This document shows positions 41,514-50,037 of a DNA stretch of 64,000 nucleotides, in pieces. The position numbers were made by a program, and so were the translations under genes. The DNA comes from Candidatus Woesebacteria bacterium (lineage in GTDB: Bacteria; Patescibacteriota; Microgenomatia; UBA8517). The notes under the pieces are model-generated. The model made no database searches and was not told where the DNA came from. It worked only from the letters and a program-made list of their open reading frames with translations. Each line of letters begins with the position of its first letter. Position 1 is the stretch's first letter. The stretch spans positions 346,906-410,905 of the forward strand of contig CP066686.1 of assembly GCA_016432365.1 (NCBI GenBank), read 5' to 3'.

Positions 41514-43082
41514 TCAATCAGTTCGGTAATGGCATCCGGCACTTTTGGTGTTTTCCCATGCAGCGTTTGCTATTAAGTTACCGACCAGTACTAAATTTCT
41601 AAGTCCGATTAATGATTCGTTTAGATTTTTTTGTTGATAAAAACTTTCAATTCTGTGAGTAAGATACGAAAGATCTGCTTTGGCTCTAGTTAAGCGTTCT
41701 TTATTTCTCACCAGGCCTACACAATTCCACATTATTTGTTTAATCAAATTTGTATCTTGATTAATAAGTGCAGGGTCGGGATCTTCTTTGCCTTGATCGA
41801 CCCATTGGGGAATTTGGGTTGGATTTGGAACTTGTGTTTTTTTTGTCCGGTTGATGTTGTGGGCAGCGATATATCCCCAGGTTAATCCTTCAAGAAGAGA
41901 AGTCGAGGCAAGTCGATTTGCACCATGAAGGCCGGTACAGGCAACTTCGCCTACGGCATATAAATTTTTTATGGTTGTAGCGCCATTCTCATCCACCCAA
42001 AGCCCACCGCAATGATAATGGGCGGCAGGAACAACAGGAACCAGATCGCGGGTTAAATCGATTCCGTATTTTAAACACTCTTTGTGGATATTGGGAAAGT
42101 GGGTCAAGATTCTTTCCTTCGAAATATAACTTTTTAGGTCCAGATAGACATTTGTTATTCCGCCTTCCAGCATTTCTGTATAAATCGCACGTGCTACAAC
42201 ATCCCGGGGGGCAAGGTCCTTCCACTGTTTACTGTATTTATCCATGAAAGGGACGCCATTTGAATTTGTTAGGCGAGCGCCATCTCCCCGTATGGCCTCG
42301 GTAAGCAAGAAACGCGGAGCATCTTTGTGGTAAAAAGCAGTAGGATGAAACTGAACATACTCCATATTGATTACGCGTGCGCCGGCCCTTTGGGCCATAG
42401 CAATTCCATCTCCACGAGCCCCATCCGGGTTTGTTGAATATAAGTAGACATTTCCAAGTCCGCCGGTTGCCAAGACCACATTTTTTGCAATGATTCTAAC
42501 GACCCTTTTATCTATTGGATCAAAGAAATAGGCTCCAAGACAGGCGACGGGGTCGTAAATTGCCAACTTGTTTGTAGAATTGTGTGATGAAGTAATTAGG
42601 TCGACAGCGGAAAGATTTGCGAGGAGTTTAATCTTTTTATTACTTTTGACTTTTTCTATTAAGGCACTTTCTATTGATTTACCGGTAGCGTCGGCTTGAT
42701 GGATTATTCTGGCAATGCCGTGTCCGCCTTCCTTTGCCAGTGAGAGGTCAAATCCTTCCCGGTCAAACGAAACGCCAATTCTGTCTATAAGAAATTTTTT
42801 GACCAGGGACGGTCCAACTTTCGTCAAAATATCAACCGCCTTTGGATTTGATAGATTTACCCCGGCATTGAAGATATCTTTTGCCAGGAGGGATGGGGAG
42901 TCGTCCTTGCCCTTATAAATAATTCCACCCTGAGCATAATAAGTATTTGATTCCTCAGGTTTTTTATTTTTGGTAATAAGAATAACCTTATGCCCTAAGT
43001 GTGCAAGTTCCAGGGCGCATGTAGCACCCGCAATTCCACTTCCGATAATGAGAGTATCAGTAGTAACTAATTCTTTTTGCAT
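41514..43082 (-). CDS. nadB: L-aspartate oxidase
   Basis: GSGIAG, AQGG, EGGH, QFHPT, EAIRG, AHYHCGG, LHGANRLASTSLLEG. Confidence 0.96.
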   Translation of the reverse strand: MQKELVTTDTLIIGSGIAGATCALELAHLGHKVILITKNKKPEESNTYYAQGGIIYKGKDDSPSLLAKDIFNAGVNLSNPKAVDILTKVGPSLVKKFLIDRIGVSFDREGFDLSLAKEGGHGIARIIHQADATGKSIESALIEKVKSNKKIKLLANLSAVDLITSSHNSTNKLAIYDPVACLGAYFFDPIDKRVVRIIAKNVVLATGGLGNVYLYSTNPDGARGDGIAMAQRAGARVINMEYVQFHPTAFYHKDAPRFLLTEAIRGDGARLTNSNGVPFMDKYSKQWKDLAPRDVVARAIYTEMLEGGITNVYLDLKSYISKERILTHFPNIHKECLKYGIDLTRDLVPVVPAAHYHCGGLWVDENGATTIKNLYAVGEVACTGLHGANRLASTSLLEGLTWGYIAAHNINRTKKTQVPNPTQIPQWVDQGKEDPDPALINQDTNLIKQIMWNCVGLVRNKERLTRAKADLSYLTHRIESFYQQKNLNESLIGLRNLVLVGNLIANAAWENTKSAGCHYRTD

Positions 43083-43083
43083 T

Positions 43084-44175
43084 TTAACTAATTGTCATCA
43101 TTCGTCTGACCGCAACTTCTGCAGGGCGTCTAATTTCTTCGGGGATCGTTACTTCATACTGATCAAATCTGAGGGCATCGAGAGTTTGTTCTAATGTAAT
43201 TGTGTGCATAAACTTACATCGTATATTGCACATTCTAACTAAGTTTTCGTTAAGTTCCGGGTGAGTGGCAACTATATTGTCAGCCATGGAACATTCTGTA
43301 AGAAGTGCAATTTTTTTATCTGCTCCGTTTTCCGTAACCCATTTTGTCATTGCAGAAGTACTTCCGGAAAAATCCGATTTTGCGATTACACCCGGCGGAC
43401 ATTCCGGATGGGCCAAGATGACTGCTCCCGGATAATCTTTTCTTATGTCATCGACAAGTTGGGGAGTGTATTGTTCGTGAACATAACAGCGGGCATCCCA
43501 TCCGATTATTGTCGGTTTTTGGGTAACTTCTGCTTCACTTTTGACAGAATCTTTTGTCGGGAAATATAAATCCATTTTTAGATCATTCGCAACATTGCCG
43601 GCCATATATTTGTCCGGAAGAAATATAACTGATGGTACGTTGAAATACTTTTTAGCCCAAGCAATTACCTGGTTAACATTTCCTGAAGTACAACATACAT
43701 CAGTCAAAGCTTTAACGTCGGCAGTTGTATTGATGTAACTTACTATTGGGAGATTGGGATATTTTTCGCGGAGCCAAACAAGATTTTCCGGTTTAATTCC
43801 TTCCGCCAGAGAACAACCGGCATCAAGTGATGGAATTAAAACTTTTTTGCTTGGATTTAAAATCTTGGCAGTTTCAGCCATAAAATGAACACCGCAAAAA
43901 ACGATCGTATCTGCATCTGTTTCCGCTGCACGTTTAGAAAGTTCCAGCGAGTCCCCTCTAAAATCAGGAACTGTGTGGAAGAGAACCGGCTCCATATAAT
44001 TATGTCCCAAAATCACGGCATTTTTCTGACGTTTCAATTCCATGATTTGACTAACCAGGTCTGCTTTATATTTAAGTTCGAAATCTGGCACCACGCTTTC
44101 CGGAATTGATCTTCTGAGATCGACTCTTAATCTTTCGTAAACTTCACTTGATGATTCTTGTCGTTCTGTTTTCAT
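43084..44175 (-). CDS. nadA: Quinolinate synthase
   Basis: GHNY, GDSLEL, FCGVHFMAETAKILNP, GCSLA, HPEC; three Fe-S cysteines. Confidence 0.97.
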   Translation of the reverse strand: MKTERQESSSEVYERLRVDLRRSIPESVVPDFELKYKADLVSQIMELKRQKNAVILGHNYMEPVLFHTVPDFRGDSLELSKRAAETDADTIVFCGVHFMAETAKILNPSKKVLIPSLDAGCSLAEGIKPENLVWLREKYPNLPIVSYINTTADVKALTDVCCTSGNVNQVIAWAKKYFNVPSVIFLPDKYMAGNVANDLKMDLYFPTKDSVKSEAEVTQKPTIIGWDARCYVHEQYTPQLVDDIRKDYPGAVILAHPECPPGVIAKSDFSGSTSAMTKWVTENGADKKIALLTECSMADNIVATHPELNENLVRMCNIRCKFMHTITLEQTLDALRFDQYEVTIPEEIRRPAEVAVRRMMTIS

Positions 44176-45008
44176 TATATTTCTAAACTAACATCCATCG
44201 CTTTTACCGAATGGGTGAGGGCACCTACTGAAATGTGAGTTACACCCGTTGCTGCAATACTTCTTACTGTTTGGAGATTGACGTTTCCGGAAGCTTCGAG
44301 TGGAACACGGCCGTTGGTAATACTAACGGCCTCACGCATTTTTTCTAAACTCATGTTGTCAAGTAAAATTCTATTGACAGGGAACTTTAAAGCTTCGGTT
44401 AGCTCTTCAATATTTTTTACTTCCACCTCGACGGGGAGGTTTAAAGAGTTTGCTGTAAGAACTTTTTCCAAGGTTGCGCCGATAGTTCCCACCGCCGCAA
44501 TGTGGTTGTCTTTAATGAGAATTGCGTCACTTAAGTTATAACGGTGATTTTGTCCGCCTCCCGCTTTAACCGCTATTCTGTCCATCAGTCTTAAACCGGG
44601 GGCGGTTTTTCTGGTATCCAGAATTATTGTTTCGTACGGCTCAACGGCCTTTACAAATTGATGTGTTAGGGTTGCAATTCCGCTCATTCGTTGAAGAAAA
44701 TTCAAAGCAACTCTTTCGGCGGTTAATATACTTCTGGTTTTCCCAAAAATTGTAGCGGGAATGTCACCTTTTTTTACTTCTGTGCCATCTGGAATTATAT
44801 GTTCAAATTGAATATCCGGATCAAAAGTTTCAAATGTAATTCTTGCGATATTTAGCCCGGCGATAACACCCTCGCTTTTTACCAGAAGTTCTGCGGTTGA
44901 CCTTGCTTCCTCGGGGATAGAGAGATTGGTGGTCACGTCTCCGTTAATGCCAACATCTTCCGCAAGCGCCCCTTTTACTATTTGAACAATTTTTTCGTTC
45001 TCGATCAT
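44175..45008 (-). CDS. nadC: Quinolinate phosphoribosyltransferase
   Basis: ERVALN, DTRKT, NHR, LIKDNH, EVEV, LLDN, EASG; start placed at MIENEK. Confidence 0.97.
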   Translation of the reverse strand: MIENEKIVQIVKGALAEDVGINGDVTTNLSIPEEARSTAELLVKSEGVIAGLNIARITFETFDPDIQFEHIIPDGTEVKKGDIPATIFGKTRSILTAERVALNFLQRMSGIATLTHQFVKAVEPYETIILDTRKTAPGLRLMDRIAVKAGGGQNHRYNLSDAILIKDNHIAAVGTIGATLEKVLTANSLNLPVEVEVKNIEELTEALKFPVNRILLDNMSLEKMREAVSITNGRVPLEASGNVNLQTVRSIAATGVTHISVGALTHSVKAMDVSLEI

Positions 45009-45065
45009 ATGTGTATAAATTACACTTTCTAAAATGAGTGTATTCCTTACACTAACTATTGTCAA
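45008..45065 (-). promoter_or_regulatory. nad operon promoter with two NrtR operators
   Basis: TTGACA-17-TACACT; boxes TATGTGT-N7-ACACTTT (45008-45028) and TGAGTGT-N7-ACACTAA (45035-45055). Confidence 0.8.
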
Positions 45066-45100
45066 GTATCAGTTAAAAGATGGTACAATCATCAATTAGA

Positions 45101-46297
45101 ATGGCAAAAGAAAGCGCTGAAATAAAAGTCGACGACAGACTAAAGTATCTGAGTTTCGGCAAAGATGCTTATTATAATGAGTTTACCTACCAACCGGACG
45201 AGACTCCTGATATCCGACTCGATATATTTCTCAAAGACCCGGCCAGAGTAAAAGAGCGGGGAAAGATGCTGGACAACATTGACACCCTAGATAGACGACT
45301 TGGGGATCCCGAAACTTTAAAGCTAACAGGTGAGGAATCTTTTGACAAGCAGTTAATTAAAACAGTTAAACAAGTTGCTGTTAGTTCCGGAGCTTCACCC
45401 GATTTCATTAATAGTCTTGATAAGCCGGGAATGTTATTTGCTCATCAAAAAGAAATCGGCGATTCGGGAGTTGCCCTCTTCCAACAAATTGAGGAAGTAG
45501 TTGGACCTGGCCGGATTTTATCTTCCAGACAAGTAATCTTGATGGAATTCGCCGATCGAACACACGACACATTTAAGCTCCTGGGGAGCATGAATGCCCA
45601 AATAGACCCTGATCATGAGGTTGTTTATAGAAAAATCATGGGCAAACATCTGGAAGGCAAGGCTTTTATTCCTACCAAAGGGGATCCGATTGTTTTTACC
45701 GCCGAGGACGTAAAATTTATTACGTCAGTTGTCGGTTTTCATGAAGATATTTGGCGAGAGGAAAGTTTTGCAAAACAGGCAAACTTTCTTAAACAGTCAA
45801 ATGATGTTAATAGTCCTGAAGTTGCGGTGGCCAGAGCCCGCACTGTCTTACATGTCATAGATATTTTCGGGAACGCCGTTAGGTTTGAGAGTGGCGTTCT
45901 TAAAATTGTAAATGCAGAAGCATTTCAAGCAAGGTTTGTTGACTTATTTACGCGCCACATAAGCTTGCCATTAGTAACAAATGGAGACACTACATTAATT
46001 GATTGGTCCCGCGGAAAAGTATTTCGACCATCATGGGGTCTTCATGGGGTGGCTGGATTAACATGGACGTTTGGGATACTTAAAGATGAGTGGGGAATTG
46101 ACGTTGATCCGAATCTGAACCTATCAGTTCAGAATGGAATTCTTGGAGTACTAAAGGAGGCAGAGAGGGCGATAACAGAAACACAGGCGGGAACTTCAAA
46201 ATATCGGTCGACTAATGATCCCGAACTTTCGGCAAAACTTACAGTTATTCAGAATACCATAACCAAGTTGGAAGATGAAATTAAAAAGGGAAAGTGA
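45101..46297 (+). CDS. Hypothetical protein (possible HD-like fold)
   Basis: H..HD..K and FHED motifs. Confidence 0.7.
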   Translation: MAKESAEIKVDDRLKYLSFGKDAYYNEFTYQPDETPDIRLDIFLKDPARVKERGKMLDNIDTLDRRLGDPETLKLTGEESFDKQLIKTVKQVAVSSGASPDFINSLDKPGMLFAHQKEIGDSGVALFQQIEEVVGPGRILSSRQVILMEFADRTHDTFKLLGSMNAQIDPDHEVVYRKIMGKHLEGKAFIPTKGDPIVFTAEDVKFITSVVGFHEDIWREESFAKQANFLKQSNDVNSPEVAVARARTVLHVIDIFGNAVRFESGVLKIVNAEAFQARFVDLFTRHISLPLVTNGDTTLIDWSRGKVFRPSWGLHGVAGLTWTFGILKDEWGIDVDPNLNLSVQNGILGVLKEAERAITETQAGTSKYRSTNDPELSAKLTVIQNTITKLEDEIKKGK

Positions 46298-46437
46298 TTT
46301 GACTTTAGCCTTACTCAGCCATTCCCCATGTGATACGAGACCATACTTGCTCGCACCGAAATAAAAATTATAGGTCGTGGGATCTATTATATTTGGTTAA
46401 TTCTGGTAAAATACTCGTAGCGCCCCGTTCTCACCCC

Positions 46438-46530
46438 ACGAAATTCTCTTAGAATTTCGAGAGGAGGAATAGTCAAGCGGTAGGGTTTAAGCGCTAGTGG
46501 TAAACCCAAAAGCGAAACTTATTCCGACGA
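46438..46530 (+). ncRNA. Conserved structured tRNA 5'-leader element (copy 2)
   Basis: Homolog of 30856-30947; ends in CGACGA directly before a tRNA 5' end. Confidence 0.7.
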
Positions 46531-46549
46531 GGCCCCATCGTCTTAGCGG
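46531..46549 (+). repeat. Duplicated 5' end of tRNA-Glu
   Basis: GGCCCCATCGTCTTAGCGG versus tRNA GGCCCCATCGTCTAGCGG. Confidence 0.8.
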
Positions 46550-46594
46550 AGCAAATGCGACGCGGACGATTGCGTAGCATGCCAATTCAGAATT

Positions 46595-46667
46595 GGCCCC
46601 ATCGTCTAGCGGTCTAGGACACTAGATTCTCATTCTAGTAACTTGGGTTCGAGTCCCAATGGGGTCA
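46595..46667 (+). tRNA. tRNA-Glu(CUC)
   Basis: GGCCCCA/TGGGGTC acceptor stem, CTAGA-TTCTCAT-TCTAG anticodon arm, GTTCGAGTC. Confidence 0.95.
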
Positions 46668-46748
46668 CCCACTTCGTTCGTTTCCCATTGTGTCTCGATA
46701 GTGCTGTTTGGGGCTTCGCATTTTGCACACGAGTCCCAATGGGGTTAC
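46668..46748 (+). repeat. tRNA-trailer element plus duplicated tRNA-Glu 3' end
   Basis: CCCACTTCGTTCG..GATAGTGCT..TGCACA|CGAGTCCCAATGGGGTTAC. Confidence 0.8.
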
Positions 46749-46776
46749 AGGTGGGATAATTTGGTATACTTTATGC

Positions 46777-49260
46777 GTGACTCAAAAGGGCCTCACAACA
46801 GCAAAAGCGAATAGGTTATTGGCCCAATATGGAACAAATGAGATTAAAGAAAAGCCAAAAGCCACTTTGTTTCAGGTTTTTCTGTCACAATTTACAAGTC
46901 TTCTTGTAGTTCTTTTAATCTTAGCTTCAATAGGATCAATTTTTTTGGGTGACTTATTGGATGGTGTATTTATCCTGTTAATAGTAATCATTAATGGCAT
47001 TCTTGGTTTTATCCAAGAATACAAAGCCGAAAAAGCCATAAAAGCTTTAAAGAACATGACTGTTTCCCAAGTACGGGTAATTCGTGACGGAGTTGAACAG
47101 ATGATCGACTCTAAATTCATTGTAAAAGGAGACATAGTTAACCTTAATGAGGGGGACAAGATACCGGCTGATTGCGTAATAATTGAGGGTCTCCATTTCG
47201 AGGCGAACGAAGCATCGCTTACAGGTGAGTCATTCCCTGTCGGAAAAAATATTCATGACAATATATTCCTAGGTACAATTGTTTCCAAAGGTAGGTGTAT
47301 TGCCGTTGTCGAAAAAACCGGTATGAATACACGTTTTGGAAAAATTGCATATACCTTGTCTGAGATTGAGGATAACGAGACCCCGCTTCAAAAAAAACTA
47401 ACACTTCTTGGAAAACAACTGGGAATTCTGGCAATCGGATCCAGTTTAGTTGTATTTATAATCGGTTATTTTAAGAATAACGGATTAATTGAAATGATTT
47501 TAACCAGCGTTAGCTTGGCGGTTGCGGCGGTTCCTGAAGGCTTACCCGCGGTTATAACAATAACACTCGCCCTTGGAATGGAAAGAATGGCCAAAAAACG
47601 TGCTATTCTCCGAAAATTATCTTCGATTGAAGCTCTTGGTGGGGTCACTGTAATAGCTACTGATAAAACTGGTACGTTGACTAAAAACGAAATGCACGTA
47701 ACTAAACATTGGTTGAACAGTGATGTAAAACTTTCACAAATTATAACTGCAGGAATAGTTTGCAACAATTCAAGTCTGGTCTACAAACAAGATAGTGAAA
47801 CCTATGATGTTTTGGGTGATACGACAGAAGGAGCACTTCTTGTTTTTGCAAACTCAAACAAATTTGATATCGAAAAAACTAAAGGTAGTTACGAACTCCT
47901 GGAAGAGTTCGCATTCGACCCAACCTTAAAACTAATGTCCGTGGTTACAAATAAAGATGGTATCAAAAATATCTATTCAAAAGGGGCTCCCGAATCAATA
48001 CTTTCAAGGTGTGTCGGTATGGACAGTAAAAAACTTATAAAGTTGGAAATGATATTTGAAGAATATGCAAAACAGGGTTTGCGTGTTCTTGCTCTTGCGC
48101 AAAAGAAAGTGAAGACGATACCCAAAAAAAGAGAAGACGCAGAAAAAGATCTAAATTTGTTGGGGTTTGTTGGAATTTCTGACCCACCACGTTTGGAGGT
48201 CAAAGAGGCAATTAAAATTGCCGAGGTTGCAGGTATAAAAACGATAATGATAACGGGGGACAATGAACTTACCGCAAAAACAATTGCTATCCAAATCGGA
48301 CTAATTAAGAAGAATGAAGAAATTGTAACAGGTTTACAGTTTGCCAAAATGACCGACGATGAAGTGTTGGCCAGAATTGATAACATTAGAATTTTTGCGC
48401 GAACATCCCCTGACCAGAAACTCAGGATTGTTGAACTTCTTCAGCAAAAGGGGCATGTTGTTGCCGTTACGGGGGACGGAGTAAATGATGCATTGGCAAT
48501 TAAGCAAAGCGATGTTGGGGTAGCAATGGGGATAACGGGGACAGATGTGGCCAAGGAGGCTAGTGATATGATTATTACAGACGACAATTATGCGTCACTT
48601 GTGACAGCGGTTGAAGAGGGCCGTACCATATTCGATAATATTAAAAGCGCAATTAAATATTTAGTAGGCTGCAACTTTGGTGAAGTAGCCGCGGTTCTTC
48701 TGGGCATGCTTTTTGGTTGGCCTTTAATTCTCACACCACTCCAACTTCTTTATGTAAACTTGGTTACAGACGGTTTGCCTGCCATTGCGCTTGCAGCAAC
48801 TCCCAAACACGAAGGAATAATGAAACGCAACCCTCGAACAAATAAAAACATCTTTTTGGGAATTGATTTTGCTTGGTTCCTTGAAGTTGGTGTGTTAACA
48901 GCAGGTACAACTTTGACTGCCTTCTGGATTGGAATGAAGTCTGGAAACATTGAAATTGCACGAGCAATGGCCTTCACCACTCTCATACTCGTACAGCATT
49001 TCATACTCCTGGACATTCGGGTAAGAACTAGATCTTTTTTTAAAGTCAACTTGTTTAAAGATAAATTTTTCGTTTTTGCCTTTACAGCCCCGTTATTATT
49101 ACAAATATTAATTCTTTATATCCCTTATTTGGAGGGTATATTTAAAATTCAGACAATTTCTTTTATACAACTATTTGGTATTGTGGGCATTTCTTCTATA
49201 CTTTTATTTTCGTCTGAAATCAGAAAACTTTTGTTTAGGAGTTTTCGAGAAGCTAATTAG
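46777..49260 (+). CDS. Cation-transporting P-type ATPase (type IIA, Ca2+-like)
   Basis: TGES, PEGL, DKTGTLT, KGAPE, TGDGVND; GTG start just after TATACT. Confidence 0.95.
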   Translation: MTQKGLTTAKANRLLAQYGTNEIKEKPKATLFQVFLSQFTSLLVVLLILASIGSIFLGDLLDGVFILLIVIINGILGFIQEYKAEKAIKALKNMTVSQVRVIRDGVEQMIDSKFIVKGDIVNLNEGDKIPADCVIIEGLHFEANEASLTGESFPVGKNIHDNIFLGTIVSKGRCIAVVEKTGMNTRFGKIAYTLSEIEDNETPLQKKLTLLGKQLGILAIGSSLVVFIIGYFKNNGLIEMILTSVSLAVAAVPEGLPAVITITLALGMERMAKKRAILRKLSSIEALGGVTVIATDKTGTLTKNEMHVTKHWLNSDVKLSQIITAGIVCNNSSLVYKQDSETYDVLGDTTEGALLVFANSNKFDIEKTKGSYELLEEFAFDPTLKLMSVVTNKDGIKNIYSKGAPESILSRCVGMDSKKLIKLEMIFEEYAKQGLRVLALAQKKVKTIPKKREDAEKDLNLLGFVGISDPPRLEVKEAIKIAEVAGIKTIMITGDNELTAKTIAIQIGLIKKNEEIVTGLQFAKMTDDEVLARIDNIRIFARTSPDQKLRIVELLQQKGHVVAVTGDGVNDALAIKQSDVGVAMGITGTDVAKEASDMIITDDNYASLVTAVEEGRTIFDNIKSAIKYLVGCNFGEVAAVLLGMLFGWPLILTPLQLLYVNLVTDGLPAIALAATPKHEGIMKRNPRTNKNIFLGIDFAWFLEVGVLTAGTTLTAFWIGMKSGNIEIARAMAFTTLILVQHFILLDIRVRTRSFFKVNLFKDKFFVFAFTAPLLLQILILYIPYLEGIFKIQTISFIQLFGIVGISSILLFSSEIRKLLFRSFREAN

Positions 49261-49289
49261 GGGGGGTGCCTTGATGTTATCCCATAATC

Positions 49290-49530
49290 TTGACATTTGG
49301 GGGTATGTCGTGTATACTACTCTTCCTATCCGTTAAGAGTCGTATATGGTTTGATGTAGATGGAAGTATTGACACGACTTTCCTGGGGTTATACAATCAC
49401 CCTCATCAGCCTTAATATTATGAAATTAAGTCCCTCTATTTATAATTTTAATACCCTTATTATTAAGGGTAATTAATTTTGGGGAGACATTAATTATTAA
49501 GGTCCCTCCATAAAATAGGAGGGATTTTTT
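49290..49530 (+). promoter_or_regulatory. greA tandem promoters and attenuator leader
   Basis: TTGACA-17-TATACT (49290) and TTGACA-17-TACAAT (49369); uORF 49420-49476; terminator TCCCTCC..GGAGGGA-T6 (49503-49530). Confidence 0.7.
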
Positions 49531-49542
49531 AGTATAAAGAAT

Positions 49543-50007
49543 ATGAATAAAAATCTAAAACTTACAAAGCAAGGACTCGAGACTCTGAAAAAAGAGTTTA
49601 CTGAACTTGTGGAAGTAAAACGCCCCAAACTTGTGGACAGGCTTTCTAATGCCAGATCTCAAGGGGATCTATCCGAAAACTCCGATTATCAGTCAGCCAA
49701 AGAGGAACTTGAATTCCTTGATGGCAGAATTGACGAACTTGATGAGGTGCTTAAAAATGCTACAGTTGTTGCCGCAGACGGAAAAAGCAATTCGGGAGTT
49801 GGCATTGGTACTAAAGTTACAGTTAAAGTTAACGGCAAAGAAATTGTATTTGATATAGTGGGTGAATGGGAGGCAGATCCAGTTAACAAAAAAATTTCTC
49901 ACGATTCACCACTTGGTGTGGCGCTTCTTGGCAAAAATGCAGGAGATAAAGCCGAAGTAGACGCTCCAGCCGGAAAAATTCAGTACGAGATTCTCTCGGT
50001 TGAATAA
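49543..50007 (+). CDS. greA: Transcription elongation factor GreA
   Basis: GDLSENSDY, ISHDSPLG. Confidence 0.96.
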   Translation: MNKNLKLTKQGLETLKKEFTELVEVKRPKLVDRLSNARSQGDLSENSDYQSAKEELEFLDGRIDELDEVLKNATVVAADGKSNSGVGIGTKVTVKVNGKEIVFDIVGEWEADPVNKKISHDSPLGVALLGKNAGDKAEVDAPAGKIQYEILSVE

Positions 50008-50037
50008 AAGTTGTCTTCAAGCTAAAATTAGCTTCGT

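Noticed and set aside
46531-46748. Intron-containing or split tRNA
   Set aside because: An uninterrupted tRNA-Glu lies at 46595-46667; the flanks are partial duplicates.
46708-46776. N-terminal ORF extensions given by the ORF track (P-type ATPase, nadC, nrtR1 and others)
   Set aside because: They overlap tRNA repeats, promoters or operators; downstream starts fit the protein families better.
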